A DNA stretch of 64,000 nucleotides from Octopus sinensis (Eukaryota): assembly GCF_006345805.1 (NCBI RefSeq), contig NC_042998.1, positions 199,578,001 to 199,642,000 of the forward strand, read 5' to 3'. Shown piece by piece: positions 1 to 15,389 of the stretch (positions within the stretch are counted from its first letter, which is position 1; each line of letters starts with the position of its first letter). Position numbers and translations under genes: made by a program. Below the pieces are notes generated by a model. It was not told the DNA's origin. It worked only from the letters and a program-made list of their open reading frames with translations, and did no database searches.

Positions 1-380
1 TGAAATAGAAAGTGAGAGACTTTGAATTTGAAAACGGAATACCTTGCAGAGAATGTCATGAATATTTAAATTTGTGAAAAATTGAAGTTCAAAAATTTAA
101 TAAAGATTTAATAAAATTCAGAAATGGAAATTATAGGAAATTTCTTGGAACATGAATTTAGAAAAAGATTCCAGATGGTCATGCGTCTCGTTATTGCTTT
201 CTTTTAGTAGTTTTAGTAATTGTTACATACCTAATTAATAAGCAGATTTCTCCATTATAACTTAGATTACTGAGTTGAAAAAATGCCGTGTAAAATATAA
301 TGATATTCTACAATGTCATCATTTATTGTTCATGTTTCCTTAAGCAACTGTGGTTTGTGGTTATTTTGTTATTAATGCTT

Positions 381-596
381 CTGCCAAGGGGCTAAACATA
401 GAGGGGACAAACAAGGACAGACATAGGTATTAAGTCGTTTACATCGACCCCAATGCGTAACTGGTACTTAATTTATCGACCCCGAAAGGATGAAAGGCAA
501 AGTCGACCTCGGCGGAATTTGAACTCACAACGTAACGGCAGACGAAATACTGCTAAGCATTTCACCTGGCATGCTAACGTTTCTGCCAGTTCGCCG
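381..596 (-). mobile_element. tRNA-derived SINE, family A (head ggcgagctggcagaaacgttagc; central gcctttcatcctttcggggtcgataaa)
   Basis: Reverse complement of the copy at 3356; B-box-like gagttcaaattcc; at least 9 loci in the window. Confidence 0.85.
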
Positions 597-2017
597 CACA
601 TACACGATACATGTGTCTATTTTATACTACGTTATGTTCCCGTCCACATTTATAGCAGTAAGGTGTGATTTGGAGGTATTTTGGCTGATGTGTCTTCCAC
701 ATTGAGATCTAAATGAATGCTTACTCTGTCTTTCATGACGGCAATGTTGTGTTGTCATTACTATTGCAGTTCAGTCCCAAATTAACTCTGATAATGCACC
801 TTCCATCCGTAACCTTATTATTCAAGATCTGCCCTAACTAATAGTTTGGCGTGTGTGTTTTGAAGAAGAGTTGCTTCCTATTTCTATCAGATCGGCAATG
901 ATATGGTTCCATCTTTGTCGTAGATAATATACAGTGCTGCATCGTAGAGTATTTGTGGCGTATTATAGAAGAAGATCTAGCGAGTAAAATGACAAAACGA
1001 GAAGCAAATACAAAGAAAATGAAACGTAATGCATTGAAATGTTAAAATAGTATGACGTATGAGAGAGGTAGGGAGGGAGAGAGAGAGAGAGAGAGATAGA
1101 GAGAGAATGTGAGAGAGAAAGAGAGAATATTTGATGAAGTAAGAGATACATGTTTTGAAAAACAGATAAATAAAATAAATAAAAATATAAAATCTTTATC
1201 AAGATATCGCTGGTGCCTCATCAAAGTAGTTTGATTATTAATAAAAAAGGAATAACAGCTACGTAGGGAAGACGTTAAAAGTCATCTTTCCATTCAACAG
1301 TCACTAATTGGGAAAAGCTTAATTAGATGTTTGGTTATCTTCCACGGTGCCATAGAGATATTATAGACTATATTCATTTACATAAATTTAGATGTGATAT
1401 GAAACATTTAGCAAATAACGTGGAACATTCGTCGAATTCCCAAATAACGATATCGGATTTTGAGATATTTTCTTGATAAAGTCTTATCTTCTAACAAAGA
1501 AGACCTTTGAGAATTAATTTTTTTTTTTTTTTACAAATAACAGTTTATCTCTCTTATTTCCCCCGTTTCAAGTACAATCTTGCAATAAGATACTAATTAA
1601 ATTAATCTGACAACATTGGAAATTGAAATTTTCACTCGCAATCACACAGATGCAGACATATCTACAGACATAGAGACTCACGAACACGCACACAACTGCA
1701 TGCGAACGGGCATACAAATACAGGAACTCGCACACACGTATATATATATATGTGTGTATATACAAAGATCAACGACGTCAAAATCGTTGATTATGGGAAA
1801 CAATATCAATGGTGACATTATAAGCTGCCTGGGCTTATTAAGAATATTACACAAAAAAAAAAACAAAACAAAACATTCCCATATACATACACACATGCGC
1901 CTTACACTAACATACAAAGACACCTAAACGTACATATACATAAAAGCTCGCGCACACACACATGCGTATATACATACATACACACGTATATAGAGATTTA
2001 ATATCAACTAGAGAGAC

Positions 2018-2154
2018 GTATATATATATATATATATATGTGTATATATATATGCATATAAATATGCATATATATACATACATATATATGCATACATATA
2101 TATGTGTGTATATATATATGCACATTTATGCATATATATATATACATATATATG

Positions 2155-2192
<38 letters not shown>

Positions 2193-2386
2193 TATATATA
2201 TATATGTGTGTATATATATACATATATATGCATATATATATATATGTGTGTATATATATGCATATATATGCATATATATATATGTATATATACACATATA
2301 TGCATGTATATATATGTATGTAGATATATACAAATATATGCATATATGTATATATATATATATGTACGTATATATATACACATATA

Positions 2387-2436
<50 letters not shown>

Positions 2437-2443
2437 ATATATG
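2018..2443. repeat. TA/TATG compound microsatellite
   Basis: Directly visible; produces the YI-rich pseudo-ORFs. Confidence 0.95.
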
Positions 2444-3355
2444 TTTATCCCTTTCACATGAACTTGTGATTGGAGGGGAATGTTAAATGACAGATAGTAT
2501 GATCACCACAGCTATCTGCTCTCATTAGGAGCCAATCCAACGATAGAACGCTATGTAGAGTATGAGACTATCAGCTTTTGGATTCGACACCATACACACT
2601 GTAAGCCTTTTGTTAAGCACACGTAACTCATTGCACATATATTTTCATATCTGTCGACTGTAGGTAGCATATATAATAAGGAAACTGTACATTTATTAGA
2701 CGAGCGTCTCAGTTACGAGAGTGTTGTCTCCCTTCTGGTTATCACTGTATGACTTTAAAATATTAGTATTTAAAAAAATTGCTGCACATGTTTTTGCAGT
2801 TATTTTCATTTCTTTTTGGGATCAGGTCACAGTATTTCTTTCAAAACATGCAAACACTTTAATTGTCCATAGATAACTGAAGATGATTCAATCCACTTTA
2901 TGTATAATAGGGATGGCATGAAGCTTATGATTAATTTTATTTCCTTTCTGTTGATTATTGGAGTAGTTCCTCTAATTAGGCTATGATAAATATCTGGAAA
3001 AAAAACATGAAAAAAATAAAGTTTTTGCAGTTTCTCTGCATAAAAATCATAAACGGTCAAATACGTTTAAGTTAAAACTAATGGTTTTATTCGTTCTAAA
3101 TGTTTCTGGTTAGAAAATTCAAAAACCCGAATTTAATACATAAGCGAAGATTCAAAATGTATATAGATTCAATATAGATTCAAGGACATACTGTAGATCC
3201 AAAGAAAGTTTCAAAGTTATTGTAAATTTGAAAACTGGGAATTACTAGATATATTAGGTGTCTTATAGTAAGTCCATCATTCCTGAAACTGTAGGCTACT
3301 TGTTCAAAACCACACTCCAATACTGATATATTTGTACAAGCTATAAAAGAAGCAA

Positions 3356-3583
3356 GGCGAGCTGGCAGAAACGTTAGCGCGCCGGGCGAAATGCTTAGCG
3401 GTATTTCGTCTGCCGCTACGTTCTGAGTTCAAATTCCGCCGTGGTAGACTTTGCCTTTCATCCTTTCGGGGTCGATAAATAAAGAACCAGTTTCGCACTG
3501 GGGTCGATGTAATCGACTTGATCCATTTGTCTGTCCTTGTTTGTCCCCTCTATATTTGGCCCCTTGTGGGTAGTAAAGAAATA
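3356..3583 (+). mobile_element. SINE family A, full length
   Basis: tRNA-like head with A/B boxes, tail aaagaaata, short flanking duplication aagaagca. Confidence 0.88.
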
Positions 3584-4379
3584 TATATAAGAAGCAGGGT
3601 ATCTGGTCTAGTGGTTAGAAAACTAGACCCTTGATCACAGAATTTTGTATTCGATTCTCGGACCACGAATAGGCAATTCACGCAGCTGAAATGTTAAATG
3701 AGTTGCATCTACTGTAGAATAGGGCCACTAATAACATTAGTACCAAATCTTGAAAATGCAAGTCGAACATAACGGAATCCCGGATAACCACAATATAATG
3801 ACAGTGAATGGCAAAATCAGAAAGTGCCGGTCGTAATGTTTTGCCATATCTGATTATGATCCTTTATGTTAAAATATCTGCTGCCAAGAATCGTTCAATT
3901 AATTAGCAGTAACACACTAACGTCGGCTCAGTCGACTATACAAATTCATCGTAATTTGTGAGCTTGTTTCAATACTACACATCTTTATACATAACGGAAT
4001 ATATCAGAGACTACAAATGGAGATTATTCTAAAGTGTGAAACGTTCGAGTAATGAGCATTGCTCAGCCTTTCGGTGACAAGAAATTTAGTTTCTAAACTT
4101 TTTTCCATTAATGGAGGGTTGGGAGAGGAAATGCTACGAATATTAGAAAGCTATACGAATTATTCAACTATAATTTAATAAATTAAACAATTTCTCGTGT
4201 AATATGCTAGATGCGCAACTGAATAGGAAAAAATCCAAAATATAGTCTAACTGAAGTGATGTCTAGTCATTGAGTTATTAAATAGCATTTAAATATATAG
4301 TTGCAGTAAATTATACACACGTATGCAGTATTAAACATACTGAAACATTCATCTTTGTGCATAGAAATTAAAAAACTAT

Positions 4380-5896
4380 ACATTCTACATACATACATAT
4401 ATACATACATACTAGATATATATATATATATATAAAATAGATATATATATATAAAAGATATTATTATATATATTATTATGCACAAACACGCATATCTTGA
4501 TATATATATATATATAATATATATATAATATAATATAAATGTATATATATATCTATATATATATATATGTATATATATATATAAATGTATATATATATAT
4601 ATATATATATATAAATGTATATATATATAATCTATATATATATGTATATATATATATGTAGATATATATATAATGTATATATATCTATATAAATATATAT
4701 ATATATATAAATATATATAAATGTATAATATATATATATAAATATATATTATATATATAAATATAATATATATATAAATATAATTAAATGTAGATATATA
4801 TATCTATAAATATCATATATATATATAATATATATACATGTATATATCTAATCTATATATATTATATGATATATATTATAAATGTATAATATATATATCT
4901 ATGTATATATATATATAAATGTATATATATATATCTAATATATATATTTATGTATATATATATAGTTATCGCCATACTAAATGGCATTCGCATTTTTGTA
5001 AAAAGCTGTTCTATATTATATAATGTATATATATCTATATTATATATATATATATGTATATATATATATAAATGTATATATATATCTCTATATATATATA
5101 TATATGAGTATAGATAATTATATATATATATTATATATATATATATAAAGATATATATATATATAAATTATATATATACATAAATATATATAGATGTATA
5201 TATATATATATATAGATGGTAGATATAAGATGTATATATATATATATATATATACATAAATGTATATATATATATATATATACTATACATAAATGTATAT
5301 ATATATAGATCTAGACATGTATAATATATATATGCTATATATACATGTATATATATATATATATATAAATGTATATATATATATATCTATATATATATAT
5401 TTAGCAATTAAGGACAAACTACTTAATAGGAAAAACTTAACAAGAAATTGTCAGGTAGATAGCGTGAAAACTCATAAGAGAAAAAATTTCGAAAATAATT
5501 ATTTCTTATTGAACATATTAATTTATATATATATATATATAATGTATATATATATATCTATATATATATATATGTATATCTATATATAAATGTATATATA
5601 AATCTTATATAGATATAGAGTATATATATTATATAATAAATATTTATATATATATAAATGTATATCTATATATATATAAATATATATATATACATAAATT
5701 ATATATAGATGTATATATATATATATATAGCGATGTATATATAGATAGATGTATATATAATATATATATATATATACATAAATGTATAATATATAATATA
5801 TATATATATATAATTAAATGTATATATATATATATATAATATATATATATTATTTATATATATATTATATATAATGTATATATATATATATAAATG

Positions 5897-5960
<64 letters not shown>

Positions 5961-6150
5961 GCAATATAAGGACAACTACTTAATAAGGAAAAACTTAACA
6001 AGAAATGTGTCAGGTAGATAGTGATGAAATGCGTGAAAACCTCATAAGAGAAAAATTTTCGAAAATAATTATTTCTTATTGAACATATAATTTATATATA
6101 TATATTATATAAATGTATATATATATATATATATTATATATATGTAACAC
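4380..6150. repeat. Degenerate (TA)n array with two embedded ~120 bp repeats (5401-5520, 5958-6090)
   Basis: Direct observation; irregularity may partly reflect sequencing error. Confidence 0.9.
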
Positions 6151-6255
6151 ATACATACATATCATACGTATAAATTAATGCATAGATATGTACTTACACG
6201 CTCGCAAGAAAGCACTTATGAATGCGTGTGCATCACCCAGGGTATATGTACACAC

Positions 6256-6638
6256 GGAGTGGCTGTGTGGTAAGTAGCTTGCTTACCAACCATATGGTTC
6301 CGGGTTCAGTTCCACTGCGTTGCACTTTGGGCAAGTGTCTTCTACTATAACCTAGGGCCGACCAAGGCCTTGTGAGTGAATTTGGTAGACGGAAACTGAA
6401 AGAAGCCCGTCTTATATATATGTATATGTTTGTGTGTCTGTGTTTGTCCCCTCAACATCGCTTGACAACAGATGTCGGTGTGTTTACGTCCCCGTCACTT
6501 GGCAGTTCGGCAAGTGAGACCGATAGAATAAGTACTAGGCTTACAAAGAATAAGCCCTGGGTCGATTTGCTCGACTAAAGGCGGTGCTCCAGCATGGCCA
6601 CAGTCAACTGACTGAAACAAATAATAGAATAAAAGAAT
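6256..6638 (+). mobile_element. tRNA-derived SINE, family B (ggagtggctgtgtggtaag...ttgggcaagtgtc...gcggtgctccagcatggcc)
   Basis: A box tggctgtgtgg, B box gggttcagt, CORE-like ttgggcaag; about 8 copies in the window. Confidence 0.87.
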
Positions 6639-7441
6639 ACATATACATACATACATATATACATAAGTATATACGTATGTATGTACTTAAGTATGTATGA
6701 ACTGCACTTACAAGTATAAAAATATATACAGTTATATATTCACACGTACAGTGATACATAAACATACAAAAGTTTATTCGATATAAATGTCTGTGTTATG
6801 TGTGTGAGAGAGAAATAGAGAGCGTGCGTGTGCGTATGTCCATGTGGGTGCGTGTATGCTTGTGTGTGTGAGTGTGTTGGTGTGTAACTGTGTATATGTA
6901 CTAGAGTATGTGTCCATGTACACACGTAACGTCAATTTTGATATGAATAGTGTCCACAGTTCAAAGCTGTAATTTAGTTCGGTACTTAATAAACACATAA
7001 AATATTTCTAACCTCACCAAAATGTCTTTCGGTTGGGATGAATACAAAATAATAAAATATGAATAATATATAAAAAAAAATCTACTAAAAAATTAGAAAT
7101 TTATTTCAAAATATTATTACTGAGTAGACTAAATAGCTGAATCTTAAGTATGAAATTATATATTTTGCTTAACATGAATCAACGGTGCCCTGACATTTCA
7201 GTGTTACTGAAAAGGGCACATGGCAATTTATGAAAGTCAATGAGAAAAATTCTGCATGGTTACCCAACATGAAAGAAATTGCAACTATGCCTACCTCAGA
7301 TCACAACTCCGCTGTCTTAAAAGGGGAAAGACATACAAGACGAGTAACCTGATTGACGATTATACTATGAATAAATTTTCTATAACACATATGATTAAAA
7401 ATCTACTCGGTTCACCCGTGAGTAAACAGCAGCTATAATAA

Positions 7442-7794
7442 TATTTCTTTACTGCCCACAAGGGGTTAACCATAGAGGACAGACAGAGGGATTAAGTTGA
7501 TTACATCGACCCCAGTGCGAAACTGGTACTTTATTTATCGACCCCGAAAGGATGAAAGTCAAAGTCGACCTCGACGGAATTTGAACTCAGAACGTAAAGA
7601 CAGACGAAATACTTATTTCTTTATTACCCACAAGGGGCTAAAAACAGAGAGGACAAACAAGAACAGATAAAACGGAATAAGTCGATTATATCGACCCTAG
7701 TGCCTAACTGGTACTTAACTTATCGACCCCGAAAGGATGAAAGGCAAAGTCGACCTCAGCGGAATTTGAACTCACAACGTAACGACAGAAATAC
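7442..7794 (-). mobile_element. SINE family A, head-less dimer
   Basis: Two tandem body units; target-site duplication (TSD) cagcagctataataa at 7427-7441 and 7802-7816. Confidence 0.85.
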
Positions 7795-8557
7795 ACCTTA
7801 TCAGCAGCTATAATAAATGCAACAAAAGCAGAAACAGGTATTTTAAAATAAGAGAGTTTTTTTTTGTATTTTTAAGAGCGAAATCTGGCCGAGTCAATGC
7901 TTGTTAAGCAAGATGCCAGTGGTTTAAGTTCAAATCTCCCAAACAGGAGCACATACATATTCGCCATACGAAAATAACAAAAACAAAAAGGAAACAACAG
8001 CAAGAACTCACAGTATAGAGGGTAAAATCGGATCTTGAAATATAATTATCTAAGACATTGAACAGAATATTTTAAATCTGTGAATATGTAAATATATTTC
8101 GCTGTTCTAAAATCTGAGGTGTGACTAGATCAACCAGATTTATGTTTAAAGGTACACATTTTACAAGAATTACTGAATGTGTAATGTTTTTAAAGGCGTT
8201 ATGGTAGGATGTTAGAGAGATCGATCTACTATTCCTCAGTTTCAGTCGCTATTTCGAGATTCTTTTGTTTATTGGACTTACCACTACTTATCACACGTAG
8301 ATGCTGGCCAATGTTAGCAGTGAATTCATAATTGACTCGTAATTTTCCTATTAACTTTAGTAGTAAACAATTGACGCATAATGCTCAGTTGATTTCAGCC
8401 CCTTTACTAAACCGTATGTTCTACTTTATGCCATATTCTTTTTTCTGTCCCTTACTTTCTTCTTATAATCCTTGGGAAAATTCTCAACCTTCCGAAATAA
8501 AAACCCAGAACCAAATCTTAAAATTGAAACTCAGTGAACGCTGTTTTGATATATATT

Positions 8558-8789
8558 TATTTCTTTACTACCCACACGGGGCCAAACACAGAGGGGACAA
8601 ACAAGGACAGTCAAATGGATTAAGACGATTACATCGACCCCAGAGCGTAACTGGTACTTATTCAATCGACCCCGAAAGGATGAAAGGCAAAGTCGACCTC
8701 GGCGGAATTTGAACCCAGAACGTAACGGCAGACGAAATACGGCTACGCATTTCGCCCGGCATGCTAACGTTTCTGCCAGCTCGCTGCCT
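8558..8789 (-). mobile_element. SINE family A
   Basis: Full copy; 17 bp TSD ctgttttgatatatatt at 8541-8557 and 8791-8807. Confidence 0.9.
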
Positions 8790-10598
8790 TCTGTTTTGAT
8801 ATATATTGTTTCCATTACACCAGACTCAGATTAACAATTAAGCAGAAATATATAGAAGCTTAGGTCACCAAGTGTGTGAGGCACTATAGATATTTTTTTC
8901 CAATGCCGGATTTAGAGTAACACTAAATCAGGGATCCGCAGAAGTGTCGAAATTTTTTTACTTTGGTTGTAGAACCTAATATAAATTAATGTTAAATATA
9001 TAAAATTTGAAGAAAAAAATCATTTGGTTTTAAATAGTATAATACTGATATTTGGCATGAAGAATGACTGACAAAACTGAATCCTTAATTAGCTAGTTAA
9101 TATTCAACAGTTATATCACATTAAACAATGGGGGAGTCACAGGTGACGTTAATACTACTGCGTTGTGTTTCAGACTCAGTTGACCTGCATTCGATCCCAC
9201 TATACACATACGTACACACAGTCACCCCCACGCGCATGTATCTATATGAAGGTATGTTTCTATATATGCACATATATATATATCGGTATCAGTGTGTGTG
9301 TATTTGTATTTTCCTTTCAATCTATATATACATATATGTGTACGTACAAGGGTATGTATATGCATGTGTACATACGTGTCTGTCACATGCTATTTGTGTT
9401 TATTATTTTTGTTTTTGGGAGATGGTAACATCCACCATTTTTGTAATAAATATAATAGACCAGATAGCAAAATGATAAAAATACTAAAAACTCTATTTTT
9501 GTCATTTTCGGACATTAAAATGTTTGGACATGTCAACTTAATTTCAGGGTATGGGACATCACTATATGTATAACAAAAACAAAAAAAACAAAACAAAATT
9601 TCATAAAATATAACATAAATGAAATTACGCTGACTTGGCTATCGTTTTCATCTTAATAGCTACTCTTGCTTTATTGAATATTTTGACGTCATCTTGTTCT
9701 AGTGGAATATTATTTCGGTGTCGAACATAATCTACATTTTTAGTACCTGCCAAATATCATTATCAAGGCCATTTTTTCGGCTATCTAGTAGATAAGATTT
9801 TCGCAGTATGTGAACTCAAGTACTGTCTACTAGCTTTTGGCAAGCTATAAAATCATGAATAAATTCTGTTTTTAAAAGTTCATTTGACGAATAAAATCAT
9901 CTTCAATTTTTCAAAACTTTATTATTAGTGAATTTATATTTTCTTGATATATTTTTTTAAGTATTATTATTTTCCGATTGATTTCAATACAGACAGCTTG
10001 TATTTTTTTTTCTTTCGTTTTCTAAGTTAATTTGTCGCAATCTCCTGAAGTCAACGAAGTAGGAAATCAAATTCTAGGATTGTATAACACGGCAAAGTCT
10101 AAATGGCTGATCGATATAAGAATACTACTTCTACGATTTCAATCTTTAATGTTTTGTTAATTATTTCCAGCTGAGATGAATGTGCGAATTAAATTTTCAA
10201 ATAATTTGAATTGTAAACCAGTTTCAATAATTTATATAACTTCGATGCTTTGCAGCATCACTCACGCAAAGAGGAAAACATTTAACGAAAAATTACAAAA
10301 TTGACTTAGTGTTAGATTGATTGATTAGGCGACATTCATGCTTATCATTATAGAGTTGGAGACAAGAGAGTTCATATGGGCTGCTTTTTCTAAAAGACAC
10401 TAGCAATAGCAGCTCAAATCCTCCTCACGGTACACCACGTCGTCTTTAAAACAACAACTGTGAAAGACGGGGAATAATGCACAGAATGATATAATAGACC
10501 TGAGAAAATGCTGATATGGGCATGTGTTCGACCAAATTCTTAACACGGAATTAAAAAAGAGCTTTAAATATATGTAGTATCTACAAAATAAACCTCAA

Positions 10599-10639
<41 letters not shown>

Positions 10640-10644
<5 letters not shown>

Positions 10645-10929
10645 ATCACGTGACCGACCAGACCATCAGATGTTGTTACACATCGCTGGTCACAATGCGT
10701 TCGCATTGTTTTAGCCTTCGAATGACGCCACCCCGCTGGCTAAGCGAGCAGGCCAACAGAAGAAAGATTGAGAGAAAGAGTACAGCAGGGAGCACCCCCC
10801 CTGCCGGAGCCTCGTGGAACTTTTAGGTGTTTTCGCTCAATAAACACTCACAACGCCTGGCCTGGAATCGAAACCGCGATCCTACGACCACGAGTCCGCT
10901 GCCCTAACCACTGGGCCATTGCGCCTCCC
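10640..10929 (-). mobile_element. SINE family C head with an alternative 3' tail
   Basis: About 10770-10929 matches the family C head/body; 10640-10765 is a different tail; bounded by (TA)n. Confidence 0.75.
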
Positions 10930-11590
<661 letters not shown>

Positions 11591-11637
11591 GTGTTTGTTT
11601 CTTAAATGGCTTATAAACACCTTCCACGCTGCAATTG

Positions 11638-11683
<46 letters not shown>

Positions 11684-11915
11684 ATATATATATGTATATA
11701 TATTTGTCTGAGTGTCTGTATGCACATGTATGTGTGTATGTCTGTATGCATATATGTATATATTCTGTCCGGGAAAAATAACGGTTAAGAAATTGGAAAT
11801 CATTTAAAATATATTATATTCGGCATAACAATATAACATTTGTAAAATTATTAAACAGTGGCTTTCACCCAATTGTTGAAGATATCGACATTTTTTTTCT
11901 GCATGTATATATTAG

Positions 11916-12232
11916 TGGAGGCGGAATGGTCCAGTGGTTAGGACAGTGGACTCGCTGTCGCGGGATCACGGTTTCGATTCCCAGACCGGATATTGTGTGT
12001 GTTTATTGAGCGAATACACCTAAAGCACTACGGGTTTCAGGTAGGAGGGTCGTGGCGAACCCTGCTGTACTCTTTCACCACAAATTTCTCTCACTCTTTC
12101 TTCCTGTTTCTGTTGTATCTGTATTTCTGAATCTCTCCATGAACTACGTTAAGGGTACAAGTTAATTTCACGTGCAGGCTGTTCAGTTGATCGGATCAAA
12201 TGGAACCCTCGTTGTCGTAAACGACGTAGTGC
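11916..12232 (+). mobile_element. tRNA(Arg)-like SINE, family C, diverged
   Basis: tggaggcg.aatgg.ccagtggttagg head; internal deletion relative to the 39072 copy. Confidence 0.82.
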
Positions 12233-12241
12233 TACGTATAT

Positions 12242-12630
12242 ACTCTTTACTCTTTTACTTGTTTCAGTCATTTGACTGCGGCCATGCTGGAGCACCGCCT
12301 TTAATCGAGCAACTCGACCCCGGTAAACCCAGTACTTATTCTATCGGTCTCTTTTTGCCGAACCGCTAAGTAACGGGGACATAAACACACCAGCATCGGT
12401 TGTCAAGAAATGCTAGGGGGACAAACACACAAACACACACACGCATATATATATATATATATATACATATATACGACGGGCTTCTTTCAGTTTCCGTCTA
12501 CCAAATCCACTCACAAGGCTTTGGTCGGCCCGAGGCTATAGTAGAAGACACTTGCCCAAGGTGCCACGCAGTGGGACTGAACCCGGAACCATGTGGTTGG
12601 TAAACAAGCTACTTACCACACAGCCACTCC
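12242..12630 (-). mobile_element. SINE family B
   Basis: Reverse complement of the 47226 copy, with internal TA/CA tract. Confidence 0.88.
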
Positions 12631-12868
12631 TTAGTATAAATGTAAATAGTAAAAATATGGCATGCACACGTACTTCTAAACACACACACACACACACACA
12701 CACATAGGTTGTGAATGGGGAAAACTTGGCTTGTATGTTTGTCAAGCCACAAACAGAGCCGTAGATAAAAAATATAAGTTACTCCTAGAAATGCTCAATG
12801 TTCCTTAAGATCAGTAATGGTCTTCCTCAGTCACGAGTGGACGGCCATTATATATAATATATATATAT

Positions 12869-12899
<31 letters not shown>

Positions 12900-12969
12900 C
12901 TATGTATGTATATATGCATATGTACATATATCTGTGTGTATATATGTATCTATCTATATATTTTCTTTC

Positions 12970-13232
12970 GGCACTCCGTCGGTTACGACGACAGGGCTTT
13001 CAGTTGATCCAATCAACGGAACACCTTCCTTGTGAAATTAACATGCAAATGGCTGAGCTCTCCGTAGACACGTGTACCCTCAACATAGTTCCCTGGGAGA
13101 TTCAGCGCCTTTGAAATACAAGTACAATAGAAACAGGAAGAAAGAGAAAAAGTTCTGACGAAAGTGTACAGCAGGATTCACCACGACCCCCTACCGAAGC
13201 CTCCTGAAGCTTTAGGTGTTTTCGCTCAATAA
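12970..13232 (-). mobile_element. SINE family C, 5'-truncated
   Basis: Matches family C body and tail; no head. Confidence 0.78.
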
Positions 13233-13519
13233 ATCATGTTTGTGCTCTCCCAGTTAACAGCCTTATCATTACTGGCATTTTAAACTCTTCGGTTGCATAT
13301 TGGTGTGAATAAAATCGTTTTTCTTTGGAATAGAAAAAAAGTCTATTTCTTCTATTGCTGATGTCTCAAATTTAGGTTAAATCAGTGTTTCTCAAAGGGT
13401 AGGCCTATGGGAAGGTCGGAAAAGTTGTTTTGAGAAAATTTTATTTACATGTTTGACACCTCAGCACCGTCCATTGGACGGGGGGGGGGCATTTTGCTTG
13501 TCGCATATATATATACACA

Positions 13520-13556
<37 letters not shown>

Positions 13557-13557
<1 letters not shown>

Positions 13558-13925
13558 CGAGGAAAAATTATAAAAAGGCAGAATGCTGAATTGAAAGTAA
13601 ATTTTAATAAAAATGGGTGTATGGAAAATTTAAAATTAAAAAAAAATATTAACTCTAACCGGTTTTCATCGCAATGCAAATTTTCAAGAACGGAAAGGTG
13701 AAAAGAATTTTTTTTAAATTGAGGAGGGGAAAAAAAAGAAATTTACATCGTTTTTTGCAAAAAAAAATAATAATAAACATATACAAAAATAGAAAAATAG
13801 GTGTACCGATACATTGTAAAGTCTTTATGTATCTTGAGTTCAATGATAGTCCTCGGAAAAATTAACTTGGAGGAATAAGATCCATGTGATTAATGTAATT
13901 GTTCGCCATTCCAATATTAGCATTT
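13557..13925 (-). mobile_element. Small TA-bounded repeat carrying an HHR-like motif (possible PLE pseudo-LTR (pLTR))
   Basis: Flanked by TA tracts; contains the fold at 13652-13691. Confidence 0.45.
13652..13691 (-). ncRNA. Degenerate minimal type I hammerhead, U3:A8 core variant
   Basis: GUUC-UUGAAAA-UUUGC(AUU)GCGAU-GAA-AACCGGUU-A-GAGU; palindromic stem III; stems I and II weak. Confidence 0.45.
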
Positions 13926-15389
13926 ATATATTTATATATTAGGATTTATGTATTCAGCTTATGCTCCCCAGACCTCCAGAAAATGTTGCCAACCGTAGTA
14001 TGAACTGATAAATGTGCCTCAAACATCGCATTTGCAATATGAAGATGAAAGGAAGGAAACAAAAGCATTGGTATCGAGAATATACCGACTAGTCGATGCT
14101 GATTATCAAACGTATAATATAGCGGTGTAACCTGAACATGATAATAATTTGGCGCTCACGACCATCTTGAAACAGCACAAATCTCGCACAAAAGACAATG
14201 ACACTTTAGATAAGGCAGTCGCTGATATGCAGTAACCGAGAAAAATTAAAAGAAGCAAGATGGTGATGTCTGAAAGAATTATGATAAAAGAACTGATGTA
14301 AGATTTTGTAATAACAAAAACGGCATCACAAAATTCACAGTCTTTTTGATATCTGTAATTGCTCGAAATAAAAATGATTTTCATCTTAGTAGCTAAAACA
14401 TTTCCTTGATGTATGTAAAATGCATGTACTAAAACCCAAAACTTTACCCTGAAGAATACAACCAATTCATACCCTAATTTCACACGGATTGTACAGATTC
14501 ATCCAGAAACATACGCTTTCGTTTCCTTTCTGTAGCTAATTTTATAATGTCCTTTTTCTCAAATTTAAACATCGTAGAACTTACCTGACATTTCTATCAA
14601 TAAACTTTACCGGCTGAATCAAATACATATGTTGTTTTATAAGTTTATTTCACATGAAATATATTTTAAATTATTTTGTATTAAAGCAATGCACCACACA
14701 CACTCAAATCCCCCGCACATACGAACGCAAGCACGCACACACACATATTATATATATATACACACATACTTGCATAAACATGAGTACATAATGCATACGT
14801 ACATATGTCTGCAATCCATGAGCAGAAGATTGCTACGGAATGTCTAAGAAACACTCGATGGTAAAAACTATGCAGCCCCAAGATACTACCGAAAATGTCG
14901 GTTATATTCACATATTTGTGTAAGACAACAGAAACAAATGAAAAGGGATATTACTAAAATTCTAAAATAATATATGATGCCAGCCAAAACGGGGACGTGG
15001 GGGTGAGGTATAAAACACTGTCCTGCGATAAATTTGCATAGTTACAAAATACATACATAAGAATCGACATTGGAAATATTGGTGGAAGATTCAAATAGAC
15101 CCTTTTCCCTAATGCAAATACAATTGGCCAGATATTGAAGATTGGGTAGACGATAAAAAAGTATATACAATCGTAGAGGCTATCTATCCTGTTCATGTGA
15201 ATATACCTTCGAAATTTACTGTAGAGGAAAACGGTAATAAAGGACACCTGTTTTAAAACAATTCGCTTCTACACCCAGATTCCTATTGTGGTTTTTGTGT
15301 GTTGTGTGCAATTATATTTTTGAAATTGGTTTAGGTGAATCTGATTTTTAAGTTGTGTCTATTGAACACACAAAATACCACAATACGAA

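Noticed and set aside
453-668. Recurrent ORF MRNWYL..RPRKDERQSRPRR, and the similar PVSVVPVFQRAG ORF
   Set aside because: Conceptual translations of SINE copies.
1900-2490. YI-rich ORFs (also at 5.3, 11, 17-19 and 45.8 kb)
   Set aside because: Translations of stop-free TA/TATC microsatellites, not genes.
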